From Pseudomonadota bacterium (lineage in GTDB: Bacteria; Pseudomonadota; Gammaproteobacteria; Burkholderiales; Burkholderiaceae_C), in contig JAUNHQ010000006.1 in assembly GCA_030535425.1 (NCBI GenBank), positions 4,824 through 68,823 of the forward strand: a stretch of 64,000 nt of DNA, written 5' to 3'. The stretch's first letter is position 1; each line of letters begins with the position of its first letter. The notes beneath the pieces were generated by a model. That model was given only the letters and a program-made list of their open reading frames with translations. It was not told the origin of the DNA and ran no database searches. This document shows positions 1-7,552 of this stretch, piece after piece. Position numbers and translations under genes: made by a program.

Positions 1-166
1 CCGGGCCGATTTCCGGCGTGATGCCGGTGGCGCGCTCTTGCAGCAGGGCTTGGCGGGTTTTGTAGGGGCTGATGCCCAGCATGGCCGGGGCGTCGCTGGC
101 TCCGTAGAAGCGGCTTCTGTGGGCGTGCCATTCGGGGCTGCCTTGGGTGAGGTGGTGCTGTTGCAT
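1..166 (-). CDS. YqaJ/lambda-exonuclease family recombinase, 5' part (runs off window edge; absent from ORF track)
   Basis: Manual translation from ATG at 166: MQQHHLTQGSPEWHAHRSRFYGASDAPAMLGISPYKT, the typical QGSxEW...ASD...LGxSPY N-terminus; AAAAGGA RBS upstream. Confidence 0.85.
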   Translation of the reverse strand, partial: MQQHHLTQGSPEWHAHRSRFYGASDAPAMLGISPYKTRQALLQERATGITPEIGP

Positions 167-185
167 GGTGGGTTTGTCCTTTTTG

Positions 186-221
186 GGCAAAGCTGCGCCC
201 TGCCGCTGGGTGCGGCACGGG
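186..221. repeat. 36-bp direct repeat with hairpin, copy 1 (copy 2 at 4202-4237)
   Basis: GGCAAAGCTGCGCCCTGCCGCTGGGTGCGGCACGGG identical at both sites, downstream of each antirepressor gene. Confidence 0.9.
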
Positions 222-240
222 AGCAGTGTTGGTGATGGGG

Positions 241-1095
241 TCAGGCCAGCGCGGGCGGCTGGGGTTTGATTTGGCTGCGCAGGTGCTGCGCGGCCAGGGC
301 GCTGGCTTGCTGCTTTTCCAGCAGCCTGGCCAGGCAGGCTTGGCCGATGCGGGCGATCAGGTCGGCGTCAAAAATGGCGCCGCTTTCGATGAGGCCGGGC
401 ATGTCGGCGTACTTGATGACGCAGTCGTTCCAGTCCAGCGCCAGGTGCTGTTCGTTGCCCAGGTGGTCGAATGACACGAGCCAGCGGCGGCCCTTGATGC
501 TGGGCGGCGCGGCATCGGGCAGGTGTTTTTGCACGAGCGTGGCGATGCTGGGCGCATCGAGCTTGCCGCGCAGGTATTGGCAGGCGGCGTCAAACTCGCC
601 AGCGGGCAAGTCGGTGTAGCGCGGCACGCCGAATTTGCGGTGCAGCCGCGCCCAGGTTTCGCCGTGGGTTTGGCGGCCAGATTCGGCCACCAGGTCAACC
701 AGCTCCTTCAGGTGCTGTTGCTGCGCGGGGGTGATGGTGGCGGGCGGTGCCAGCAACGCTGCCTCCATCCTGTTGAAGGCGTCGATGTAGGCCAGCTTGA
801 AGGCCAGCGCCCTTTTTCCGGTGAACCCCATCGCCAGCAGCGTGAAGCCGTCGCGGGTGAGGCGGTAGGCGCGTGATTCGATAGGTGCTCCGCCGCTTGG
901 GTTTTCCCGTTTTTCTACCGTCTCCCCAAAATTGGGGAGATGGTTTTCATCCATTTGCGCACGCAAATTGTCGATGTCGCGCAGCACATGGTCATGCCGT
1001 TTGCCAAAGTGGCGGGCAACGTCGGTGGAAAGGGTGGTGGCTTTGCCGTCAACAACGGCGAGTGTTGGCGCGAAGGCCGGTACGGATGCTTGCAT
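241..1095 (-). CDS. Rha-family phage regulatory/antirepressor protein with ORF6C-like C-terminus
   Basis: TLSTDVARHFGKRHDHVLRDI...LTRDGFTLLAMGFTGKRALAFKLAYIDAFNRME; AGGAG RBS. Confidence 0.9.
   Translation of the reverse strand: MQASVPAFAPTLAVVDGKATTLSTDVARHFGKRHDHVLRDIDNLRAQMDENHLPNFGETVEKRENPSGGAPIESRAYRLTRDGFTLLAMGFTGKRALAFKLAYIDAFNRMEAALLAPPATITPAQQQHLKELVDLVAESGRQTHGETWARLHRKFGVPRYTDLPAGEFDAACQYLRGKLDAPSIATLVQKHLPDAAPPSIKGRRWLVSFDHLGNEQHLALDWNDCVIKYADMPGLIESGAIFDADLIARIGQACLARLLEKQQASALAAQHLRSQIKPQPPALA
277..746. repeat. ~470-bp near-identical duplication, copy 1 (copy 2 at 4288-4757)
   Basis: Offset 4011 bp; encoded C-terminal segments identical in both proteins. Confidence 0.95.
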
Positions 1096-1160
1096 GATTG
1101 CGCTCCTGTGTGAGTCTTGAAAGACCCTGCCGGAGCGTTTCTACGCGCATCCGGCAAGGT

Positions 1161-1239
1161 GGCCGGGAGGTTAGAAACTCGTACACAGCCGAGCGGACTT
1201 CTTCCCCTTGCGGGTGTTGTATCCGTCGCCCTCCCGGCC
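1161..1239 (-). ncRNA. C4-type antisense RNA, system 1
   Basis: Terminal stem GGCCGGGAGG/CCTCCCGGCC; internal a'/b' elements (1172-1189) complementary to a1/b1 (1295-1313) and a2/b2 (1106-1143) around the antirepressor leader, as in the P1/P7 c4-ant layout. Confidence 0.8.
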
Positions 1240-1260
1240 TTCAATCAAGAATTCCGGGCG

Positions 1261-1290
1261 CAAAAAAGCCGCTTTCTGACGGGTGCGGCT
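1261..1290 (-). terminator. Intrinsic terminator/attenuator in C4 leader 1
   Basis: AGCCGC...GCGGCTTTTTTG on minus strand. Confidence 0.7.
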
Positions 1291-1339
1291 ATCCGCTGTG
1301 TATGGAGTTTCTACGCTCCACCTCCTTCGAGGCAGCGCC

Positions 1340-1369
1340 ATTGTAGCCCAACGGCTCGCGTGTAAGCAA
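1340..1369 (-). promoter_or_regulatory. Putative sigma70 promoter for C4/antirepressor cassette 1
   Basis: TTGCTT-18-TACAAT on minus strand. Confidence 0.5.
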
Positions 1370-1406
1370 GTGTATTGTGTTGCCAAATTTTGCATATGAT
1401 GGCGGG

Positions 1407-1889
1407 ATGAACAGAGAACTCCTTACAGAACTGATGCATGACCTTGTGGAGTCGGGCGTAATTGACGAAGAAAGGCCCGATGCACTGGGGGGATTGTTGT
1501 TTGAGGTGTTGTTGCGTTACTGGGATGACATTGATGAAGAAGCTGCCAGCATTCTTCTGTGCATCGCGGGGATGCTGAAGAAGCAACCGGACGTTTTGGC
1601 TGAGGCTAAGGCAGCAAAGCTGCTTGCGAAGTTGCAAGGCAAAGTGCCAAAGATGAAGATCAATGGCAGGGATACCTTTGTTGTCGATCACGAGTTCACG
1701 TTTCATGTGAGCCATGACGAGGCAGTAGGCAAATGGCTTGGTGTTTGTGACTTAATCGCATTAACGATTGTTGCGGACGACTTTGCTTCTCTTGAGAAAC
1801 AAGCCCTTGAGCAAGCTTGCAAAAAAGCCATGCAGAACGGTGTGATGAAAAAAGGCGATACGGCGGTTGTCAGCTTTAAGATGCTTTGA
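1407..1889 (+). CDS. Moron protein with possible DUF1902/HicB-like C-terminal domain
   Basis: Lower-GC ORF opposite to the operon; C-term FHVSHDEAVGKWLGVCDLIALTIVADDFASL; TATGAT 6 nt before ATG 1407. Confidence 0.6.
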   Translation: MNRELLTELMHDLVESGVIDEERPDALGGLLFEVLLRYWDDIDEEAASILLCIAGMLKKQPDVLAEAKAAKLLAKLQGKVPKMKINGRDTFVVDHEFTFHVSHDEAVGKWLGVCDLIALTIVADDFASLEKQALEQACKKAMQNGVMKKGDTAVVSFKML

Positions 1890-1896
1890 CCGGTCG

Positions 1897-1922
1897 CAAA
1901 AAAGCCCGCGCTGTGGCGGGCT
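1897..1922 (-). terminator. Intrinsic terminator between convergent morons
   Basis: AGCCCGC-CACAGC-GCGGGCT followed by T-tract on minus strand. Confidence 0.75.
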
Positions 1923-1952
1923 GGTTCAAGGCTGCACGAGGCGAGCGGTGAC

Positions 1953-2138
1953 CTAGGCGGCCTTGCGCTGCTGCATCTCCAAATCCATTGAGACTTCGCG
2001 GTATGGCTGCATCATCAGCTCTTTGAGCTGGGCGTTGGTCATGCAAGATAGCGCCGTGCGAACGCTTGTTGCAAGCGCATCCAAGACAGCTTGCATGTCT
2101 GCGCTTTCGGCGCTGTTCATCCTGATTACGCTGGTCAT
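1953..2138 (-). CDS. Small hypothetical protein (61 aa), second gene of moron pair
   Basis: Strong AAAGGAG RBS, directly downstream of 2161-2658. Confidence 0.65.
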   Translation of the reverse strand: MTSVIRMNSAESADMQAVLDALATSVRTALSCMTNAQLKELMMQPYREVSMDLEMQQRKAA

Positions 2139-2160
2139 GGATGTGCTCCTTTATGTGCTG

Positions 2161-2658
2161 TCAGGGCAATGCAATGGTTAGCCAGCGGCCTTCAAATGTT
2201 GCCTGAGAGTTGGTTTCTTCGGCAGGCCAATTGCTATGGATGGTGTGAAGGATGCTGAGCATCAAACTGGTTCGACCGTACAGCTTAACACGATTTATTC
2301 CCTTTCTCCGTTCGGTCTTGATGACCTGAACGAATGCGCTGACATACAAGTTCACTACTTGCTCCCGCTTGTCGTCAACGTCCCACATTTCTGGGCTGAT
2401 GAAGAGCTTGAGCAGCTTGGAAAGTCTGGCGTTAGAGCTGTTGACCAGTTCAATGATGGCATCGCAGCTCTGTGAGCGAGTGCTATACAGCTCGTAAGCA
2501 CGCGAGTCGCCGGTGCGTTGTTCAATGTGTGTTTCGCACCAGTTGAAAAATGGGGCAAGCTCGACATCGAATTCGTCTTCTCCTGCGAGATCGCGCCATG
2601 TGCGCTTGACTTCCTTAAGTCGTTCTGGAGTGAATTCTCGTATCTTGTAGTCGTCCAT
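2161..2658 (-). CDS. Hypothetical moron protein (165 aa)
   Basis: Lower-GC ORF with globular alpha/beta-like composition; TATGAT at 2691-2696 upstream. Confidence 0.7.
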   Translation of the reverse strand: MDDYKIREFTPERLKEVKRTWRDLAGEDEFDVELAPFFNWCETHIEQRTGDSRAYELYSTRSQSCDAIIELVNSSNARLSKLLKLFISPEMWDVDDKREQVVNLYVSAFVQVIKTERRKGINRVKLYGRTSLMLSILHTIHSNWPAEETNSQATFEGRWLTIALP

Positions 2659-2749
2659 GGCTTTCTTTCTCGGGGAATGTTGCTCAACCCATCATAACGT
2701 AAGCATCTGAAACCATTTCCTGCTTGAATTGACGGGTAGTGGCCCGTTG

Positions 2750-3544
2750 TCAGTCTCCCGCTGGCTGTGCTGAAGTGTCAGCATTCATCACCTCGCCTGT
2801 TTCGTTGTCGATCACTTCGGCCGGCGGCGCAGCAAAGGGGGCGCGGATGGCGGCCTTTTGCTCGTCGCTCAGGATGTGCTTGCTCTCCACGGTGGCAATC
2901 ACGTCGTCTGCGCTTTTGCGCCCGGCCTCGATGGCGGCGCGCCAGGTGGGCAGGTTGGCGGCAAAACGATCGTCGGGGTACGGCGTTTTTTCGGGGCGCA
3001 CGACTTCGGCCTGGCCCATGAACTTTTCGGCGGGTTGGGCCTCGGCGATGCGCTCGGCTTCGTCTTGGTCGTAGATGCCGCCGTAGCCAAAGGCCAGGCG
3101 GGCGCACTGGATGGTGGCCTTGTGCCGCAGCATGCGGCGTGGGTGTGATTGCCAAGGGCCTGTGCCGCGCTTGCACTCGGACATGAATTCGGTCACGCGC
3201 GTGGGCTTGCTGCGGTCTTTGCGGTAGATGATGCAGGTGCAGCTTTCGGCGTCTTGCTCGTATTCGATGCCGTCGAACTGCGGGTGCTGGTTGATGATGC
3301 GCGCCCAGCCGTCAACCCCTACAACGGGGACGATGCCGTTGTTTTTGTCTGGGAATGCATACACCTCCTTCGTCCAGGGGTTGAGGCCGTATTGGTTGGC
3401 AACCACCAGCAGGGCCGTCATTTGGGCGTCGGACACCTGGCCCTTGAACGCCGTGGCCTTGAGGGTGTCGATCAGGTCGAACCCGTCGCCCATGTCCAAT
3501 TTGGCGGCCAGGGTCTTGGTGAGGGTGGTGAGTGCGGTGCTCAT
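2750..3544 (-). CDS. bet: Phage single-strand annealing protein Bet
   Basis: From M at 3544: LKATAFKG...QYGLNPWTKEVYAFPDK...IVPVVGVDGWARIIN...PWQSHPRRMLRHKATIQCARLAFG. Confidence 0.93.
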   Translation of the reverse strand: MSTALTTLTKTLAAKLDMGDGFDLIDTLKATAFKGQVSDAQMTALLVVANQYGLNPWTKEVYAFPDKNNGIVPVVGVDGWARIINQHPQFDGIEYEQDAESCTCIIYRKDRSKPTRVTEFMSECKRGTGPWQSHPRRMLRHKATIQCARLAFGYGGIYDQDEAERIAEAQPAEKFMGQAEVVRPEKTPYPDDRFAANLPTWRAAIEAGRKSADDVIATVESKHILSDEQKAAIRAPFAAPPAEVIDNETGEVMNADTSAQPAGD

Positions 3545-3786
3545 GGTTGTTTCTGCCTTTGCTCGATGTAGATGGCTGCCGCGCGGATGCGGATCAGCTC
3601 GTGCTCTGTGAGGTGGGGATTGGCCCGCTTGGCCGCTTGTAGCCATTCGTCTACTCGGGCGTCGTTGACTTGATCGGCCACGGCCTGGGCGGCCTCGGTT
3701 TCGCTGGGGCCGTCCAGCAAAATGGGCAGGCCCAGAATGGCGCTGGCCACGCCAAGGACCAGGGTGGCGGTGAGTAGGCGGGTCAT
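3541..3786 (-). CDS. Hypothetical phage protein with N-terminal hydrophobic segment
   Basis: ATGA-coupled to neighbours; MTRLLTATLVLGVASAILGLPILL. Confidence 0.65.
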   Translation of the reverse strand: MTRLLTATLVLGVASAILGLPILLDGPSETEAAQAVADQVNDARVDEWLQAAKRANPHLTEHELIRIRAAAIYIEQRQKQP

Positions 3787-4184
3787 GTTTGTGCCTCTGC
3801 GTTGTGGCGCGCAAACGTGGCGGCCATTTGTTCGATGAGCGCCTGGGCGCGGGCCTGGGTGGGTTTGCCGCTCGCGGCGTCCAGCAGCAGCTGGAACACG
3901 TCGGCCAGGTGCGGCTCTTCGTAGTCGGTGGCGTCTTGCATGCACTCGGCCAGGGTGGGCTGGCGCAGCGGGTATTGGCTCTTGCCGCTAAATCCTCTGA
4001 TGGGCGGCTTGCTGTAGTCCACGATGCGCGGCGCAAAGTTGGCTGGCGCGTGTGCCTGCTGGGTGCGGCAGGCATGAACAAAGTCATGGAACATGGCCGC
4101 TTCTGCTTCTTCTTGCGCTGCGCTGGCGGACAGCCAGGCGTCGTAGCGGCGGGTGTCTTGGGTGGTGGTGTCGAGGCCGTACAT
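3783..4184 (-). CDS. Hypothetical phage protein
   Basis: AAGGAG RBS, coupled to downstream ORF. Confidence 0.7.
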   Translation of the reverse strand: MYGLDTTTQDTRRYDAWLSASAAQEEAEAAMFHDFVHACRTQQAHAPANFAPRIVDYSKPPIRGFSGKSQYPLRQPTLAECMQDATDYEEPHLADVFQLLLDAASGKPTQARAQALIEQMAATFARHNAEAQT

Positions 4185-4257
4185 GACGTGCTCCTTTTTT
4201 TGGCAAAGCTGCGCCCTGCCGCTGGGTGCGGCACGGGGCGTGGTGGGTTGAATGGGG

Positions 4258-5082
4258 TTAGGCGGGCAGCGCCGGGCGCGCCTGCTGGCGCAGGTGCTGC
4301 GCGGCCAGGGCGCTGGCTTGCTGTTTTTCCAGCAGCCTGGCCAGGCAGGCTTGGCCGATGCGGGCGATCAGGTCGGCGTCAAAAATGGCGCCGCTTTCGA
4401 TGAGGCCGGGCATGTCGGCGTACTTGATGACGCAGTCGTTCCAGTCCAGCGCCAGGTGCTGTTCGTTGCCCAGGTGGTCGAATGACACGAGCCAGCGGCG
4501 GCCCTTGATGCTGGGCGGCGCGGCATCGGGCAGGTGTTTTTGCACGAGCGTGGCGATGCTGGGCGCATCGAGCTTGCCGCGCAGGTATTGGCAGGCGGCG
4601 TCAAACTCGCCAGCGGGCAAGTCGGTGTAGCGCGGCACGCCGAATTTGCGGTGCAGCCGCGCCCAGGTTTCGCCGTGGGTTTGGCGGCCAGATTCGGCCA
4701 CCAGGTCAACCAGCTCCTTCAGGTGCTGTTGCTGCGCGGGGGTGATGGTGGTGGGCGCTTGATAGCCGCCAGTCTTGCGAATGCTGGGTAGCACTTCGCT
4801 TGTTACCCACTTGGCGAACTTGCGCGCTTCTGGCTTGCGGCTGCGAAGCACCAGGGCGTACAGGCCGGATTCGTTGATGATGGTGACGCGCTGATCGCCT
4901 CCAGGGGTACGCACAATTTGCGTACCCTTTTCGTCGTCATCCAAATGACGCGCAGCATCAGGCGCGTTTCGGTATCCGAGTGCCTCAGCCACGTCTGGTG
5001 CCACAAACCAGATGGCGTCGTCGGTGGTGAGGGTGCGGATGGTGTTTTGCCCGAAGGCAAAAGGCTGGATGGATGCTGTCAT
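4258..5082 (-). CDS. BRO-N antirepressor with ORF6C-like C-terminus
   Basis: From M at 5082: WFVAPDVAEALGYRN...TPGGDQRVTIINESGLYALVLRSRKPEARKFAKWVTSEVLPSIRKTG. Confidence 0.92.
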   Translation of the reverse strand: MTASIQPFAFGQNTIRTLTTDDAIWFVAPDVAEALGYRNAPDAARHLDDDEKGTQIVRTPGGDQRVTIINESGLYALVLRSRKPEARKFAKWVTSEVLPSIRKTGGYQAPTTITPAQQQHLKELVDLVAESGRQTHGETWARLHRKFGVPRYTDLPAGEFDAACQYLRGKLDAPSIATLVQKHLPDAAPPSIKGRRWLVSFDHLGNEQHLALDWNDCVIKYADMPGLIESGAIFDADLIARIGQACLARLLEKQQASALAAQHLRQQARPALPA

Positions 5083-5145
5083 GATTGCGCTCCTGAACGA
5101 GACTTTGAAGTCCTGCCGGAGCGTTATCAGGCGCATCCAGCAGGG

Positions 5146-5211
5146 TGCTGGGAGGCTGATAACCTAGGTTCAGCTAGGCGGGCGTCCTTGCGGATAGCCA
5201 CCCTCCCAGCA
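5146..5211 (-). ncRNA. C4-type antisense RNA, system 2
   Basis: Terminal stem TGCTGGGAGG/CCTCCCAGCA; a'/b' (5156-5174) complementary to a1/b1 (5294-5314) and a2/b2 (5093-5130). Confidence 0.8.
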
Positions 5212-5257
5212 AAACCGAATGCCTTCCCAAGTTTGGGCTGGCTGGAATTTCTGGGCG

Positions 5258-5289
5258 CAAAAAAGCCGCTGTTCTAACGGGTAGCGGCT
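5258..5289 (-). terminator. Intrinsic terminator/attenuator in C4 leader 2
   Basis: AGCCGCT...AGCGGCTTTTTTG on minus strand. Confidence 0.7.
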
Positions 5290-5378
5290 GGCCGCTGAAC
5301 CAAGGAGTTATCAGGCTCCACCTCTTTCGAGGCCCGGCGATTGTAGCATGGCTGTGGCGCTTGCGTCTTGATGCCAAA

Positions 5379-5398
5379 GTGTCAGATATAATTGACAC
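5379..5398 (+). promoter_or_regulatory. TA operator palindrome enclosing a -10 box
   Basis: GTGTCA-N8-TGACAC with TATAAT at 5387-5392; ATG at 5399. Confidence 0.7.
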
Positions 5399-5722
5399 AT
5401 GGCGAGCGTTCGCACGACTGAAGTCTTTGATGCTTGGTTTGCAGCTTTGCGTGACCGGCAGGCCAGGGCGCGCATTGCGGTGCGTATCCAGCGTCTGGCG
5501 ACGGGCAATCCGGGCCAGCATCGCAACCTGACGGGCGGCGTGGCCGAGATGAAGATTGACTACGGCCCAGGCTACCGGGTGTATTACACCGAGCGTGCGG
5601 GCATTACTTATGTTTTGCTGTGCGGCGGCGATAAGGCCAGCCAGCAGGGCGATATCACCACTGCGCTGAATTTGGCGCGTTTGATGGAGGCAGGCCATGA
5701 GCAAGGCAGTCAAGACCCGTGA
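5399..5722 (+). CDS. Type II toxin, RelE/ParE (HigB-like addiction module killer)
   Basis: F..WF..LRD..ARARI..RI.RL..GNPG...GV.EMKIDYGPGYRVYY...LLCGGDKASQQ.DI. Confidence 0.92.
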   Translation: MASVRTTEVFDAWFAALRDRQARARIAVRIQRLATGNPGQHRNLTGGVAEMKIDYGPGYRVYYTERAGITYVLLCGGDKASQQGDITTALNLARLMEAGHEQGSQDP

Positions 5723-5993
5723 GTGGGATGTGATGGAGCATCTGCGCGATGAGCAGGATATTGCCCTGTACATCGAGGCGGCGATGCAAGAGGCGCCTGA
5801 TGATGTGGCGTTCATGGCAATGGCGCTGGGCGATGTGGCGCGCGCGCGCAATATGGCTGAACTGGCGCGGCAGACTGGCCTTTCGCGCCAGACGCTTTAC
5901 AAGATGACGCGCGGCGAGGGTAACCCGACGCTTGAAACAGTGGGTAAGCTGGCGCGGGCGCTGGGCTTGCGCCTGACGCTTGTGCCCGCTTGA
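5697..5993 (+). CDS. Type II antitoxin, HTH addiction module antidote
   Basis: ALGDVARARNMAELARQTGLSRQTLYK...GNPTLET. Confidence 0.92.
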   Translation: MSKAVKTREWDVMEHLRDEQDIALYIEAAMQEAPDDVAFMAMALGDVARARNMAELARQTGLSRQTLYKMTRGEGNPTLETVGKLARALGLRLTLVPA

Positions 5994-6452
5994 GGGCCGG
6001 TCGATTTACGCCGGGGAGTCACCCCAGCGAGCGGGGCCGTGAAACCAAAACACCCTTTGGCAAAGGCGCTTTGGTTGCGCCCCTCTTTCGAGGGGCTTTG
6101 CAGGCATCTCCCGCCCTTGTGGCGGCTCCTGCTGCCCGCTGGCCGGGCTTGTGGCAGATCACTATCTGCCGCCGTGGTGGCACTCGCGGTTCCGGTAGGT
6201 CATCGGGTTTGAGTGCCGCAGCTTTTACGTTCCGCCGCTGCTGGCCGGGGGCGGGGCGCTTGGATGCGCCTGTTCATCCTGCTGCTGTGTTAACGAGCCT
6301 GACGGGTTGAGCTTGATAGCCTGGCCCCATGCGCCACACCGAAAGCCCGCGCAGAACATCTGCTGCCACCTTCCCTACTGCTTCCTTTCGGGTTCGAGGC
6401 ACGTATCGCCTGCCTCTCGGTGGTGGGCCGCTTTTGGTGCGGCATGGGGTGA

Positions 6453-6494
6453 ATATTAGGCGAAGCCTTACAACATGTCAATAGGTGAAGCCTA
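6453..6494 (-). promoter_or_regulatory. PL-like early promoter with two repressor operators
   Basis: TTGACA(6481-6476)-17-TAATAT(6458-6453); TAGG-N5-CCT(A/T) at 6457-6469 and 6482-6494. Confidence 0.8.
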
Positions 6495-6536
6495 ATTTTC
6501 GCTACACTCCCCCTGCCCCGCCTGCGTTGCGGGCGC

Positions 6537-6560
6537 AAAAAAGCCCGCACGGGGCGGGCT
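6537..6560 (-). terminator. Intrinsic terminator downstream of cI-linked morons
   Basis: AGCCCGC-CCCGT-GCGGGCT followed by T-tract. Confidence 0.75.
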
Positions 6561-6858
6561 GGGTTGGGCGGGGTGGCGGATGGGCTTATATCGGCAAGGG
6601 AGGTTGACCCCCGAATCTTTCCGACACACGCGCTTCGTAGGCGGCCACATCTAAATGTCAATCAGCAACGTAACATCATGGCCGTGGATTTGACTCATTG
6701 GCGGGCCGTTTTGGGCCACGGCTGATGCCTTAAAAATCAATGGGTTAGAGAACTTTTTCTGGATTTCCTGGCCCACGGTGGTTGATGCTATTGACTTGGA
6801 TGCAATCAGGCGGCCTAGCAAAAGTCGCCTTGGTGGGCGGCTTGTTTTTTGGGTGTTG

Positions 6859-7248
6859 CTAGCGTCTGCGGTCAAACAATTTTGCGATGGTTCCGAGAAC
6901 GGGAACACCCAGGAAGCCGATGGTCACCATTGGATGAGCGCCATGCCAAACGCTCCATGCCGCAGCGCCGATGCACGTCACAAACAGCAAGGCGCCAACA
7001 ATTCTGCCGCCGACTTCTATCCAGACTTCTGCTTTTGAAAAGCGATCTTCTATGGCTATGCGGGCCGCTTGCTCTTGCTCGCACATTTTCATGATGCGCT
7101 CTGCGCCATCAGGGATGATGGCGTTGAACTGCTGTAGCGCGCCAGGCGGCGGCAGAGGCCCTTGCCAGCCTATCGTTGTGATGGGCGATGGATGTTCTTT
7201 AGTGGCTGGTGCGGCCGAGGTTCTGGTTTTTTTTGTTGGCGGCGGCAT
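6859..7248 (-). CDS. DUF2335-like membrane protein
   Basis: WQGPLPPPGALQQFNAIIPDGAERIMKM followed by two hydrophobic helices. Confidence 0.8.
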   Translation of the reverse strand: MPPPTKKTRTSAAPATKEHPSPITTIGWQGPLPPPGALQQFNAIIPDGAERIMKMCEQEQAARIAIEDRFSKAEVWIEVGGRIVGALLFVTCIGAAAWSVWHGAHPMVTIGFLGVPVLGTIAKLFDRRR

Positions 7249-7420
7249 GACTTTCCCTGTCGATCACAGCGCGCATCGTGTTTCCAACACGAACCCAGTC
7301 ACCGCGCATGCGCTCCATGTCGCTGCCGCTTTGACGCTTGAATTCAGGTGCGCTGAAGACGTAGCCAGGCATCGAAAGTCCGCTGACAACAGCGGATAAA
7401 AACACGGCAATCCGTTCCAT
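7199..7420 (-). CDS. Small hypothetical partner of DUF2335 protein
   Basis: AAAGGAGG RBS; SD.E..RGDW..VG..MR pattern; overlaps next gene. Confidence 0.7.
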   Translation of the reverse strand: MERIAVFLSAVVSGLSMPGYVFSAPEFKRQSGSDMERMRGDWVRVGNTMRAVIDRESHAAANKKNQNLGRTSH

Positions 7421-7552
7421 GATGTCAACCTCCTTTCTTTGCTTGGGTGTGCATGGATGGGTTTGGACTTTAGCACGACGTCAATGTTCCCTGGTGGCAG
7501 GGCTTTTGTTGGTTGCACTTGGCTCCAGCCTTGATGCGGCCAGCATTTATCA

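Noticed and set aside
1-240. attL duplicate of the tRNA-Thr 3' end
   Set aside because: Not seen; the prophage continues beyond the left edge
915-1395. Small ORFs overlapping the C4 leader (915-1244, 1171-1395)
   Set aside because: Better explained by RNA structure; an icd/ash-like peptide cannot be excluded but is unsupported here
3545-4234. 494-aa extended Bet ORF from the ORF track
   Set aside because: The upstream extension overlaps two better ORFs; Bet homology starts at M 3544
277-4757. The 470-bp repeat as a DGR template/variable pair or IS ends
   Set aside because: Copies are almost identical, both lie in coding frames, and there is no RT or transposase nearby
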